In this document: piece by piece, positions 9,001 through 17,889 of the stretch
How the letters are laid out: every line of letters starts with the position of its first letter
Position numbering within the stretch: the stretch's first letter is position 1
Notes under the pieces: model-generated
Seen by the model: the letters and a program-made list of their open reading frames with translations, nothing else
Told to the model about the DNA's origin: nothing
Database searches by the model: none
Made by a program: the position numbers and the translations under genes
Source of the DNA: a virus
Lineage: Duplodnaviria; Caudoviricetes
DNA length: 64,000 bases
Virus record (IMG/VR): IMGVR_UViG_3300038428_000825
Coordinates: 1 to 64,000 of that record
Direction: 5' to 3' (one strand)

Positions 9001-10393
9001 TCGAAGGGGTACCTCTTCGCAAGCCCGTTTGAGAAGCGAGTAGGAGGTCGAGCGACGCCCTGGCCTGAACTTCGCCGGCCGAGCGTGGGATATTGAGCCA
9101 ATGGGATTTGCCCGTGTGCCGCTGGACGATCAACTTCAATAACTGGGTTTTTCCGGAGCCCAGTTCTCCGCGTAGAACCACGATCCCGCCCGCTTGTAGC
9201 TGCTCGCTAATCGAATCAACCAAAGCCTTTCGCGAGAGGCAGGGATTGACCAACTCCGGCGCATCGGTTGAGATCGACATCAATCCGATGGCGAAGCCGG
9301 CGTCCTGGCCAAGGCTTTGACTCAGGACAGCCAGATTCTGTCGGATCACCTGAGCCTCGCTCGCCTGTTGGTTGATGGTCCTAAGGTTCTGGATCAGCTG
9401 ATTTAAGATTCCCTTCGGCTCGGAGCTACGCCTCGCCAAATCGAAGACCGCATTTATGGCGGCAACGTCGTCCTCGAGTCCTTCAACTCGCACACCGTGA
9501 TCTTCCAGCTCGCGCTCAACAGTGGTGAGACGCCGCTCGATCTCTTGGAGCTGAGCTTCGAAGCTTCGGACCGCGATGATCGCCTGTTGAGAAACCGACG
9601 GCGTACTCAACTCAGCAGTCAGATCTTCAGCCGCGAGCGTCTTCCTTCCAGCCCGGCACAGGAGGAGGAAAACATAGGCAAAGAGGTGCTCATAAAGCCG
9701 GTCGATTTCCTCAGCGGATGGCGAGTCGTCTCGCCCGGCAAGCGCTTCCTTGATATCGGCCATTACGTTCAGGTAGTCGCCGTGCCCAGAGCTCCACTCC
9801 AATCGCCGGATGAGATTCAGCAATGGACAGGTGTCTTCGGCGTCCACCATACCGCGCATGCAATCCCACGATGACTTCGATACTTTGCCCGGTTGGGAGC
9901 AGGACCGCAGAAATGTGGCGATCAAGCTGACGGCTGCGGCCTCTTCTGCCTCTCCATATTTGTGGAGACGGATCGCCTCCCAGGTTCCGATTGCGGAGCC
10001 GGAACCGATCCAGTCCCGCTCAACTCCCAGTTCAGCGGTAGTCACATAACGGAATGACAGGCTCCACTGGGGATTCAGCTTCTGATGTTCGCAAAAGCGG
10101 GCAATCGCCTGGAGAGCCTCTCCGCTCTTCAGGGTTAAATTGGCAGATCGTACTTTGAGCTGACCAAGACGCCGAACCTCCACCAACTCAACCGGAGGGT
10201 CGCCGGACGCTACGGCCTGCCCGATCACATCACCGACCGCCTTCCCGACGACGTCAATATCCTCCCCACATTCGAGCTCAAGATGTTCATTTTCAGAAAG
10301 ATTCAGCCACTGCAACACCGTCAGGTTCGCCTGAAAGACGAATCCTCGGATAGTCGCAAAAGCGTCGTTTCCCGGATTGGCTCGGAAATGCAT
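6014..10393 (-). CDS. Nuclease-NTPase-helical repeat protein (Avs/STAND-like anti-phage protein)
   Basis: N-terminal Cap4/DUF4297-type motif (A..RGFVFQ...ECGEDID...QLK), coiled coil, Walker A GELGSGKT, Walker B LLVIDD, long TPR-like helical C-terminus; start may be 10393 or 10405. Confidence 0.7.
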   Translation of the reverse strand: MHFRANPGNDAFATIRGFVFQANLTVLQWLNLSENEHLELECGEDIDVVGKAVGDVIGQAVASGDPPVELVEVRRLGQLKVRSANLTLKSGEALQAIARFCEHQKLNPQWSLSFRYVTTAELGVERDWIGSGSAIGTWEAIRLHKYGEAEEAAAVSLIATFLRSCSQPGKVSKSSWDCMRGMVDAEDTCPLLNLIRRLEWSSGHGDYLNVMADIKEALAGRDDSPSAEEIDRLYEHLFAYVFLLLCRAGRKTLAAEDLTAELSTPSVSQQAIIAVRSFEAQLQEIERRLTTVERELEDHGVRVEGLEDDVAAINAVFDLARRSSEPKGILNQLIQNLRTINQQASEAQVIRQNLAVLSQSLGQDAGFAIGLMSISTDAPELVNPCLSRKALVDSISEQLQAGGIVVLRGELGSGKTQLLKLIVQRHTGKSHWLNIPRSAGEVQARASLDLLLASQTGLRRGTPSNVWAAAVAEAFRGSLLVIDDLPVVPPGGELAARLEALAEAFRHAGAKLLFSTYHTLPSAFEQRLGFVHVEAPRFTRSDVSELFGLLGAPQRLTTDAILDLIVAISEGLPILVAAAVRYLADQSWGFTSEHLESLLKGEFAEGVRADVGQLLQTMVPDDAERELLIRLSQAVGAFSLEEVARVARVPRPISLPGEKVQRASGIWLQPLGSDRYLRSPLISAKLGSSLDPKTFRGVHFVLGRNLLDKKVLEPADVLICVNHFTLSGSVNHAYIVLIQALAEISIQDEPLDEGFGFIQFWTTYPLPPGGDLNLQLYLKALQLVVTDRQGAQIDRLVGQLDALIEESGSTGWGVAMAAGHVAIHMARKNAALANRFLVPAINQFNISEFPTGGAPLPRREYPLEGVLWITAVSSRSDEDVYSWIETVSQYTPAQLETLNSSDLAEDNITVLCDGVWRREYDKPEAERDWDHAKAVLAKIEEVAQAIPYPLLEAAAIRNRIIILAEWEHQVAAALDLAQATVSRLPDEDCAFLIAEVTGRQLHYAGRSAEGARWLEQALACNSYRQSLWRRNVLITLAEICGPTDRTRAADLTGAAVELCRNTGLIDTSLIEALAEHSMALWNNNQRAEAFRALEEAVSKSLETESPADTWKGMFARVFGVAAYYSGVALNGRPQAGHVEPTQGLFLGSSSEAPGAFRSTQLPYVCLRLAMYAEGIGDSASAARWALKGMEYAEIHRDALPAVRASQWMGLADSLMRNDFRRVAEIAIAMATIELPTQAHVDSLGQAGEALSTVRSMLEANLTPQARLSVLLLPVISSTLKLALLKLDSAVSPINETVIEDAIQQLETIPAAYPSAEPYIPTLLVSLQGDANWEELHRWSVDSAARAEYLCTFVYMIGTILRAPLRESLYAQIWLVREMEKGFRSYQAIIREVAAPFFIRYWERACDRSGFQFSVRPSYARQQVESTERSFPGLRRLLKEMRFCLGTPLPDEVMAWLDRI

Positions 10394-10652
10394 TTTGGAA
10401 ACCATCCTAAAAAGGATAACCGTTCGAAGAACGACTAAGCTCCTCCTGCAATACATTCCTCATAAAGGTCAGGATCCAGTGTCAGCGCAACAGCCCCGAG
10501 CAGGTCTCCAGCACTTCATGAATACGACCAGATCAAGTCCGTCATCCCCTGGCCGGTGACTCTCGGCTTCTGTTTGGAAATCGGGAGCACTGTAATTCTC
10601 AACTGACGCGAACCGTAGCGCTCACTGAAAGATCTATCGACCTCCCGTTACA

Positions 10653-10737
10653 GGTTCCGGGCGTCTTGTCTGCACCTCGGAAGCAGACCCACTATCCAAA
10701 TCCCTGGAACCCCGCCTTCGGACGGGGTTCTTTTTTT
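10653..10737 (+). terminator. Intrinsic terminator preceded by a competing upstream helix (structured RNA / attenuator-like)
   Basis: GAACCCCG-ccttcgga-CGGGGTTC plus T7 (10707-10737); GGTTCCGGG (10653-10661) can pair with CCTGGAACC (10703-10711); internal GTCTGC/GCAGAC hairpin. Confidence 0.7.
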
Positions 10738-10911
10738 GCCGGGGAGGGAAGGGGCCGGCGGAACTGGGGATGGGTGGGCGGATGCTCAATGCTTGAGGTC
10801 TACTCACAGATCTGTCCAGTAGGGTGAACACCTTAGATTGACCTCTATTTTGACCCGAAAACCCTTTGAACCTTTGACACCTGCCGGTCGAGGTGCGATG
10901 CTTCTTAATAG

Positions 10912-11014
10912 TGAGTTTCACTCAATTGTTAATTGTAAGTAATACTTACTATTGAGTTTACACTTAAAAGAGAGTAGCTCTTATAGAGCTACTCTTATAT
11001 TGAGTATTACTCAA
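10912..11014. repeat. AT-rich array of five adjacent related palindromes (candidate replication origin or operator array)
   Basis: TGAGT-ttc-ACTCA; GTAAGTA-a-TACTTAC; TTGAGT-ttac-ACTTAA; AGAGTAGCTCT-tat-AGAGCTACTCT; TTGAGTA-t-TACTCAA. Confidence 0.8.
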
Positions 11015-11117
11015 AGCAGCAGGGTTGAACCGAGAATCGCCACGCCCTCCCTTTGGTAGATCGCTCTCGAATCGCATTCTCAACATGAGGCCGGAAACCG
11101 GCCACAGGAGAATTCAT

Positions 11118-11465
11118 TTGAGCGCCCACCACACCACAGCCATTGACGTCGCCAAGCTGCTTGCAGCTGACAACGTGTCCACAGCGGACCGCATCTGGGC
11201 AGTTGACTTTGAAGTCAAGATGCCGGCTGAGCTGATCACCGAAGAAGATTTGAAGTGCCCCGATTGTGGCGAGGTCCATGACCCCAGCCTGGAAAACGCC
11301 CGGGTGGTTGCCGACACGATCATCGTTCTCGGCGGTCCTGATGCCCAGGTGTCACTGGATCGGGTTCGTGAGTACGTCCTCAACCGGGAACTTGAAGCTG
11401 GCCTGCATATGACCGACTTCGTTCTCACTGGCGTCAAGCTGCTCGCTGCTGCGGAGGTGGTGTAG
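11118..11465 (+). CDS. Hypothetical protein with a CPDC...H motif
   Basis: AGGAG RBS before TTG 11118 (alternative ATG 11085). Confidence 0.65.
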   Translation: MSAHHTTAIDVAKLLAADNVSTADRIWAVDFEVKMPAELITEEDLKCPDCGEVHDPSLENARVVADTIIVLGGPDAQVSLDRVREYVLNRELEAGLHMTDFVLTGVKLLAAAEVV

Positions 11466-11926
11466 TGCTCGATAACTGGGATAATCCCGCCATCACCCAG
11501 CAGGGTGTTCATGCTGTGGAGACGCCGGCAGACCTGTTCAGCGATCCGCCGTTCGGTCATCTTTTTGCAGAGCTGACCGATCTCGCTGCGGCAACGGCCG
11601 CCGGCTTCCGAACCGTCCTGGTGCCACCGGACACGCCGCTGTTCTGCTTCTACTGCCACGATACCGAGGCGCCGGAGTACCGCCTGCGTCGCAAGGCCGG
11701 CAAGTACGTCGCACTCTGCCACCGGCCTGGAACCATCGAAGGCTGCTGGGATCGTGATGTGGCTCCCATGTGCGAGTACAAGAACCAAGAAGCTATCCAG
11801 TGCGACCAGGTTGCCGAGTGGGTGGTTGCCTTCGGAAAGGACATGCTGATGCGAACCCACCGCTGTCTGATCCACGTTCCGCCGGCGCTTTCCGATGTTT
11901 CCGAGCACCGGGTCTTTCCTATCTAG
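11465..11926 (+). CDS. Cys-rich putative zinc-binding protein
   Basis: CFYC, CH..C, C..C, C..H clusters; start overlaps the upstream stop. Confidence 0.65.
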   Translation: MLDNWDNPAITQQGVHAVETPADLFSDPPFGHLFAELTDLAAATAAGFRTVLVPPDTPLFCFYCHDTEAPEYRLRRKAGKYVALCHRPGTIEGCWDRDVAPMCEYKNQEAIQCDQVAEWVVAFGKDMLMRTHRCLIHVPPALSDVSEHRVFPI

Positions 11927-12064
11927 GGTTGCTCTCTGTACGCCAGAGGCCCTTTCTCAGTTGTATCTCTCCCGTCTTTGTTCCCCATTCCAAGCCTCAG
12001 TACAAGACGGAAGGAATGGCGCGCAAGCGCAGACCTCCCGTTCCACAACCCTTAGGAAGAATCC

Positions 12065-12547
12065 GTGCCCCTCGATCAAACCGGCTATCGCAACACCTTC
12101 CCGCTCACCAAAGTCCTTGACCGCCTCTTTCTGGGCGGCTTCAAAGACGCTGAGGATCTCAGGTCCGGCAACCCACACAACATCACCCACATCTGCAACT
12201 GCACCACTGAACCGCTCACGATTCCGTCCAGACTCGTCACCAGCATCATCCAGATGGACCAGCTCGACGGCCACGACTGGGATGTTCAGAAGCTCTACTC
12301 GGCTGTCGATTGGATTCGCCGCGCGCTGCTCGGCGGAGGCACCGTTCTGGCCCACTGCCACGCCGGCATCAGCCGGTCTCCGGTGCTGGTTGCGACCTAT
12401 CTCTACACCTGCGGCTTCGACTTCGACCGCGCGCTCGACCGCATCAAGGCCCAGCGCCCGATCGTGCAGCCGGCACCTGTCGTCCTGGTCAGTGCCAAGC
12501 GGGCCTTTGGTATCTCCCCGCTTGCCATCCACACTACAGGCAGATGA
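12065..12547 (+). CDS. Dual-specificity protein phosphatase (CX5R family)
   Basis: LFLGG at the N-terminus; VLAHCHAGISRSPVLVATYL active-site loop. Confidence 0.9.
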   Translation: MPLDQTGYRNTFPLTKVLDRLFLGGFKDAEDLRSGNPHNITHICNCTTEPLTIPSRLVTSIIQMDQLDGHDWDVQKLYSAVDWIRRALLGGGTVLAHCHAGISRSPVLVATYLYTCGFDFDRALDRIKAQRPIVQPAPVVLVSAKRAFGISPLAIHTTGR

Positions 12548-12570
12548 ACCCGTCTCGAAGAAAGGCACCA

Positions 12571-12921
12571 ATGCGTAAAACACTGCTTTCAATTCTGTTC
12601 CTTCTGCTGCTGGCTGTTCCGGCGATCGCGCAGAAACCTGCACCCGCGGCCTCCGCGCCGGCTCAACCTTCGATGGCGCCAGTCAAGCCCAGCGAGATCG
12701 AGGATCTCAAGATCGAGAACCTCAAGCTCAAGCTGAGCCTTTACACCCAGCACAAGGTGGACCTGCAGCGCGAGGAAGACTCGGTCAATCAGGATGGCGA
12801 GAAGCTGGCTAAGCAGATCATCGCTGATCATCCAGGCCACCACCTGGATTTCAAGACTCTGACGATCGTTTCCGATGCCCCGGCCGAAGCTGCCAAGCCC
12901 GCTGAGACGCCAAAGAAGTAA
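12571..12921 (+). CDS. Exported coiled-coil protein with a signal peptide
   Basis: MRKTLLSILFLLLLAVPAIA-Q signal peptide followed by a heptad region. Confidence 0.7.
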   Translation: MRKTLLSILFLLLLAVPAIAQKPAPAASAPAQPSMAPVKPSEIEDLKIENLKLKLSLYTQHKVDLQREEDSVNQDGEKLAKQIIADHPGHHLDFKTLTIVSDAPAEAAKPAETPKK

Positions 12922-13008
12922 TCTGCACTGCCCGACTCGCCGGTTTCCGCCGGCGAGTTCCTCTCTGTAACAGCCTTCCCGTCAATGAACTAACTGCCCG
13001 CAATAATC

Positions 13009-13018
13009 CCTATACTAG
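13009..13018 (+). promoter_or_regulatory. CCTATACTAG putative phage late promoter; other copies at 21368, 29959, 41118, 43168
   Basis: Identical 10-mer containing TATACT upstream of five transcription units; four copies extend as ...TAGACA. Confidence 0.75.
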
Positions 13019-13028
13019 GGAGGTATGT

Positions 13029-13748
13029 ATGGCAACTCCTGGTCTTATTCCGATTCCGGAAGACCTGGCCCTTTTCCCCGTCCCAACCGAGAATGTGAAT
13101 GGCCTGCTCGCCACCAGCGAGGATCTCGGCCTCACTGTTGAGGAAAAGCAGGAACTCGACAACTACCAGTCTGCGCTACGGATTCTCGGCCCGGCAGCCG
13201 GAGCTGTGCTCATGTGTCCCGGCAACCAGGAGAATGTAGCGGACGAGGACAAGTGTCCGTACTCGTCGAAGTGTCCCTTGCTCCGGATGCACAAGGCCCT
13301 CGCGGACAAGATGTGTCCCGTTGAACGCCTGATTGTCGAAGAGCGTTTCAACGCCTGGTGCAGAGAGCTTTCTACCGACCCGGTCCTGGCGAAGGAATCT
13401 GACCGGGTCGCTATTTCCGACCTCTGTTGGATCGACCTGCAGATGCAGCGTTCGTTGCACATCCTGAGCAAAGGAGATGAAGCTCGCCTGACGGTGACCA
13501 ATCCCAAGGATGTTCACCCGGAGACATTCCTTCCTATCTCCTGGGAGAAAGTCATCCATCCGAACGTCGAGCTTTTGGTAACACTGCAGACCCAGCGCAG
13601 AATGATCTTGAAAGATTGGATGCTGACTCCTGAGCAGAAGTGGAAGAGGGAGAAGGCGGAAGGCAAGGGGTCTGGCAAGGACATAGCCAGCAAGCAATCA
13701 GCGCGGGCCGACAAGCTCAGAGCGATCAAGTCAAGCAACGAGGATTAG
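13029..13748 (+). CDS. Hypothetical protein, possibly terminase small subunit
   Basis: GGAGG RBS, CCTATACTAG motif upstream, Cys cluster, C-terminal WMLTPEQK helix reminiscent of small terminases; function is inference only. Confidence 0.4.
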   Translation: MATPGLIPIPEDLALFPVPTENVNGLLATSEDLGLTVEEKQELDNYQSALRILGPAAGAVLMCPGNQENVADEDKCPYSSKCPLLRMHKALADKMCPVERLIVEERFNAWCRELSTDPVLAKESDRVAISDLCWIDLQMQRSLHILSKGDEARLTVTNPKDVHPETFLPISWEKVIHPNVELLVTLQTQRRMILKDWMLTPEQKWKREKAEGKGSGKDIASKQSARADKLRAIKSSNED

Positions 13749-13839
13749 ACGGATCCCCACACGGAGATGGACCCAAATCCACCCGTACTCGCCGGGCCAA
13801 CTGAAAGGTTGGCCTGGTGAATCCCCCCAAGAGGTAAGA

Positions 13840-15456
13840 ATGTCAGGACGCGGCAGGCCGAGGGCAAGCATTACCAGCGAGCAGGTTGCAGCCGAACTCA
13901 AGGCTGGGTTGAAAGTCAAACAGATCGCCAAGAAGTACAACTGTTCTCCTGACACAGTCGAGCGCAGGGCGAACCCTACAGGCAGGACAGACAAGCGTGT
14001 AGGGCATCATGGCGCTTCCGCCGCAAAGCCTTCCCCTTCTCCTGTCGACATTGGAACCTTCAAGACCACCGCCGAGGCAGAAGCTGAGTATCTGCCGAAA
14101 TCGGATGCGCAGCCCACCACTTCCGTCAATGGACGGCAGTGGCTGCTCTCCAAGGTGGTGGGCAACGACATCCGCCAACGGTACTGGTACAACAAGGACC
14201 AGGATCGCTACATCACGGTGATCCGCGGTGTGGGCGAGCCGATCGTGACCTCCGGCGCCGAGCACCGCGCCATCTGTGAAGCCTATTCCAACATGGTTGG
14301 GAAGAGCTCCACCCTGAATGAGATTGCGCGCGACTTCGGCATGCCCAGAGCCTGGCTGATCCAGTATCTGCACATCCACGGCATCACCCACGACAAGGAA
14401 CCCTTCTCAGCCGAAGAGCTGATTGAGCGGACCACCGACGACTTGGTCGAAGATCTCTACAACATGAAGCGCCGTGCTGTCTTCACTGCCATGAACGAGA
14501 AGTCCTGGAAGGAGATCAAGAAACGGGCTGCCTTGTGGGATAACTTTGAGCATTCGGTGTCACGGGTTGTCGACGACTGGGCCAACCGCTTCGTTCCAGA
14601 CTACCGTCCGCAGTTGGTGAACATCATACGTGCGTCGAGGCCGTTCTCGGCCGTGTTCCTGCCGATGGACTTCCATTATGGAAAGGGATCCTGGTTCGAC
14701 GAAGCCGGCCACAGCTACACACGGCAGAGTTGTAAGGAGCTTCTGAGGTTCCACACCGAGAACATCCTGAACAGTCTGGTGGCGCGTGGCCGCCCCACTC
14801 GCATCGTCGTTCCCTTCGGTTCCGACTGGTTCCATGTGGACAATCAGTTCGGCAGCACCACGCTCGGCACGCCTCAGGATCTGGATGGCACACCCGAGAT
14901 GATCCTGAGCGAGGGCCTCGAATTCAAGGTCGAGTTCTGCGACTGGCTTCGTCAGGTAGCACCGATCGTGCTTCTTCCTTGTCCTGGCAACCACGATCAC
15001 CACTCCGACATTGCCTTGATGAAGTACCTGCAAGCCTGGTACCGCAATGACGATGATGTGGAGATCATCGACAGCCTGATGAGTCGCAACTACTACGTCT
15101 GCGACAACACGCTGATCGGCGCCACCCACGGCAACGACGTCAACTTGGCCGACCTGCCCACCTTGATGGCCAATGAGCGCCGCCAGGAATGGGCCCAGAC
15201 CGCTCACCAGATCTTCGTCACCGGCCACACTCACGGTGAGGTGCTTGAGGACGACGGCGGCATCATGCACTACACCTGCCCGTCGCTGTCGGCGGCAGAT
15301 CGATGGCATGAAGGCCGCGGCTACAACCTCAACCGCCAGGCGATGGCTGCGATCGTTCTCGATGAAGAGGAAGGTCCCACCAACTTCGTCGTCTCAGCGC
15401 GCCAGAACCGGACCACCGTCGGCTTCAACATCAAGAACCGGTCGAGGGCGGCCTAA
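13840..15456 (+). CDS. HTH-containing calcineurin-like metallophosphoesterase/nuclease
   Basis: N-terminal HTH (VKQIAKKYNCSPDTVERR); motifs DFHYG, GSDWFH, GNHD, THG, GHTH. Confidence 0.85.
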   Translation: MSGRGRPRASITSEQVAAELKAGLKVKQIAKKYNCSPDTVERRANPTGRTDKRVGHHGASAAKPSPSPVDIGTFKTTAEAEAEYLPKSDAQPTTSVNGRQWLLSKVVGNDIRQRYWYNKDQDRYITVIRGVGEPIVTSGAEHRAICEAYSNMVGKSSTLNEIARDFGMPRAWLIQYLHIHGITHDKEPFSAEELIERTTDDLVEDLYNMKRRAVFTAMNEKSWKEIKKRAALWDNFEHSVSRVVDDWANRFVPDYRPQLVNIIRASRPFSAVFLPMDFHYGKGSWFDEAGHSYTRQSCKELLRFHTENILNSLVARGRPTRIVVPFGSDWFHVDNQFGSTTLGTPQDLDGTPEMILSEGLEFKVEFCDWLRQVAPIVLLPCPGNHDHHSDIALMKYLQAWYRNDDDVEIIDSLMSRNYYVCDNTLIGATHGNDVNLADLPTLMANERRQEWAQTAHQIFVTGHTHGEVLEDDGGIMHYTCPSLSAADRWHEGRGYNLNRQAMAAIVLDEEEGPTNFVVSARQNRTTVGFNIKNRSRAA

Positions 15457-15816
15457 CCCACAACAGTTAGGAACACCAACCGACAGCGCGCCTACCACCG
15501 GCGCGCTGTTGTCGCATTAGAGGTAGGACAGGACCATGAAACCCTTCTCCGCACAGATCAAGAAGCCCACACAAAAGGCCGGACTGGCCGCGATGCCCAC
15601 CCGTGTCATCAAGACAGGCGCAAGCCGGTCCGTGGTCAGCGGAGTCGCGCGTTCAGCCAGGACCGCCGGCGCCCGCAGGCTCCGCGGGGTTTGATTCCTA
15701 TACTGATGCTGTTGGCGAATTCCGGCTGTCTCACTGAAGTCGCCTGAAACGGGATTTTGCAGGGGCTTCAGGAGAGCATCCAGGGTCAAGGCTCGATGAG
15801 GGCTTCAGCGGTTTAC

Positions 15817-15853
15817 CGTAAACCCAGAATCCATTCTGGCGCAATGGGCGTTT
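15817..15853 (-). repeat. Inverted partial copy of the island-1 repeat region
   Basis: 15824-15853 is 29/30 identical to the reverse complement of 5761-5790; contains palindrome CCAGAAT-nn-ATTCTGG. Confidence 0.8.
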
Positions 15854-15987
15854 GCCGTTCCTGATCGTCGCCGTCAACGCTTGCTACGTCTCGGATTGTA
15901 TGAAGCTAGGAGTTCGTCGATCATCTTAGCTAAATGATAGGCGAGCGGATCAGCGATCAGCTAGCAGAACAGGAAATACGAACAACT

Positions 15988-17787
15988 TCAGGATGACTGA
16001 CGCCGATGGATAGCTATTGGAGTGAGAACAAACAGGCTATGTAGCACACGATTCGAAGTATATTCATTGAAGCCTTGGGGTGGGATGAGCCCATGCGCAA
16101 GGTTATTGCGCAAGTTTGCTCCTCTCCGATCAATATAAAGCAATGTGAGATACCGCCAGACGTCCTCGAGTAATACTTCTCGTATTCTAGGCTCATCGAG
16201 AATATTGTTCATGCTTTTCACGTCAATGATACCGGGGGATCTAGGTACGCTCTTCACTGGCGGAACACCGATCAGCGGAAGAAGATTTCGAAGCACCCCC
16301 TCTATTTGCGGCACCAGTAGATGAATTGCCTTCATATGGTCTCGTCCCAAATAAGCCGTGAGTCCTTCATGCACAATCTGCCTGCGAGTCGTGTCAAACA
16401 CTGGGCATTCGAACAGGAACGACGTGAGTTCTTCTGCGCTCGGTACAAACTGTTCTCTAATCCTCTCCATAGCCAAGTAGAGTAAGGGATCTGAAAAACT
16501 CATCAGCTGATTCAATTGATAGTAGAGGTGCCCTTCGAGGTCATCTTCAACGCTCCCCAAATGTGCCTGAGGGCGTCCATCTGCGCTTACGATCTCGATG
16601 GGCAGCATGCTTGCCAATGGCGCGATGCCCTTCTTTTTCTCAATCAGACTCTGTGCCTCACTCACCTTGGGAGTGAAATATGCAGCAACCTTTCGAAGGG
16701 TCACCGCGAGGCTGTCATCCGCCACTAAAGATGCGAGCAGAGCATCGATATCGTCCTTCTTAAATTCAACTGGGAAGGAATAGGTCTTCATCTCACCAGG
16801 AATCTTGGCATAGAGATCTTCCAGCTTATTCCTGATTATCTCCGCGTCTGCCTTCATTCCTTCTTGTTCATATCGCTGTGCGACAGGTTCAAGCCAAGCA
16901 GTTGCGAGCGTCGCCCCAGCGCCTTCCGCTATCATTTGGAACGCAGCTCCGATCGATTTAAGCACCCGCTCGGCCTGTCCCGCATCGCCCGACTTCTTGT
17001 AGTGTCGAACTAGCCTTTCCCCAACGGCCTGAGCATTGAATGGGTCGAATTCACCACCCTCATCTCTAGTTAATAGCCTCATTAACATATCTTCGAGGCC
17101 AGAGACCAGAGAACCCAGCTGTTTCTCAGTTACGAGGTCTGGGTGTTCATACAGCAAGTCAAACAGTGTGATCCAGACTCCAACGAACTTTGGAGACAGA
17201 TTTGCATCGTAGAACCTGAGAATCGAGTCAACCGCCGACCTTGTCCGGTTCTCATCACGAACGCTCATGGCTAGATCGAGCGCCCTGACAAGCCAATGCG
17301 TTGCAAAGATTGGAATAGTGAATAATCTGTGATCCACTGCCGAGAGGTATGCGTCAGAAGCCACCCTCGCCATTTGGTGATTTGGCTTCGCACCACAGAT
17401 CATTTTCGCTAGGTCCCATGCAGTATCCGCGTAGCGTGCTTTCATTAAAGGATTACTAGCTTCTTCCGCCCGCCGCTCCCAGTGGGCTATGGTCTCCGCG
17501 TCAAGCGCTGAGATGTCCGGGGTTACGACGGTAGGTTTTCCTTCTCCGCCGGGAAAGATTGCCATCGGACCAAAGTGAGTTCCCCAAAAGCTTTCTCTCG
17601 GTTTCTGATATCCGATCAAAAAGAAGACCGAGTGCTCCGCTAGGTAGGCTTTCCACTCCTCTTCTTCGAGATCGCCTCGCTTTGATCGTTCTTTTTGAAG
17701 GCATTCCGCGATCTCGGTCTCGCTATGAGGGTCTATCTTCATGTCAAACGCTGCAAGAACGGCGCTAATCCATTCTGGAATCGTCAT
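15988..17787 (-). CDS. DUF4209-like protein with a C-terminal HEPN (RxxxxH) domain, putative defence RNase
   Basis: AIHLLVPQIEGVLR...NLRNNLAHG; large helical N-terminus; AAGAG RBS. Confidence 0.75.
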   Translation of the reverse strand: MTIPEWISAVLAAFDMKIDPHSETEIAECLQKERSKRGDLEEEEWKAYLAEHSVFFLIGYQKPRESFWGTHFGPMAIFPGGEGKPTVVTPDISALDAETIAHWERRAEEASNPLMKARYADTAWDLAKMICGAKPNHQMARVASDAYLSAVDHRLFTIPIFATHWLVRALDLAMSVRDENRTRSAVDSILRFYDANLSPKFVGVWITLFDLLYEHPDLVTEKQLGSLVSGLEDMLMRLLTRDEGGEFDPFNAQAVGERLVRHYKKSGDAGQAERVLKSIGAAFQMIAEGAGATLATAWLEPVAQRYEQEGMKADAEIIRNKLEDLYAKIPGEMKTYSFPVEFKKDDIDALLASLVADDSLAVTLRKVAAYFTPKVSEAQSLIEKKKGIAPLASMLPIEIVSADGRPQAHLGSVEDDLEGHLYYQLNQLMSFSDPLLYLAMERIREQFVPSAEELTSFLFECPVFDTTRRQIVHEGLTAYLGRDHMKAIHLLVPQIEGVLRNLLPLIGVPPVKSVPRSPGIIDVKSMNNILDEPRIREVLLEDVWRYLTLLYIDRRGANLRNNLAHGLIPPQGFNEYTSNRVLHSLFVLTPIAIHRRQSS

Positions 17788-17889
17788 CTCTTAAGGACCT
17801 GCCTTTCTGGAGCGGAATTACGCTCAGAATTCTATTCGACCTCGGTGATTTCTGACGTGCTTAATCACGGCGGATACATCCTCACCAAG

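Noticed and set aside
4810-10650. Outer TIR/target duplication for island 1 (CCGTTA at 4814 and 10645; degenerate TIR-like strings)
   Set aside because: Matches are short or degenerate and the implied ends are not inverted repeats; the boundaries remain unresolved
15517-15789. 90-aa minus-strand ORF
   Set aside because: It spans the insertion junction at 15704/15705, so it is probably a chance chimeric frame
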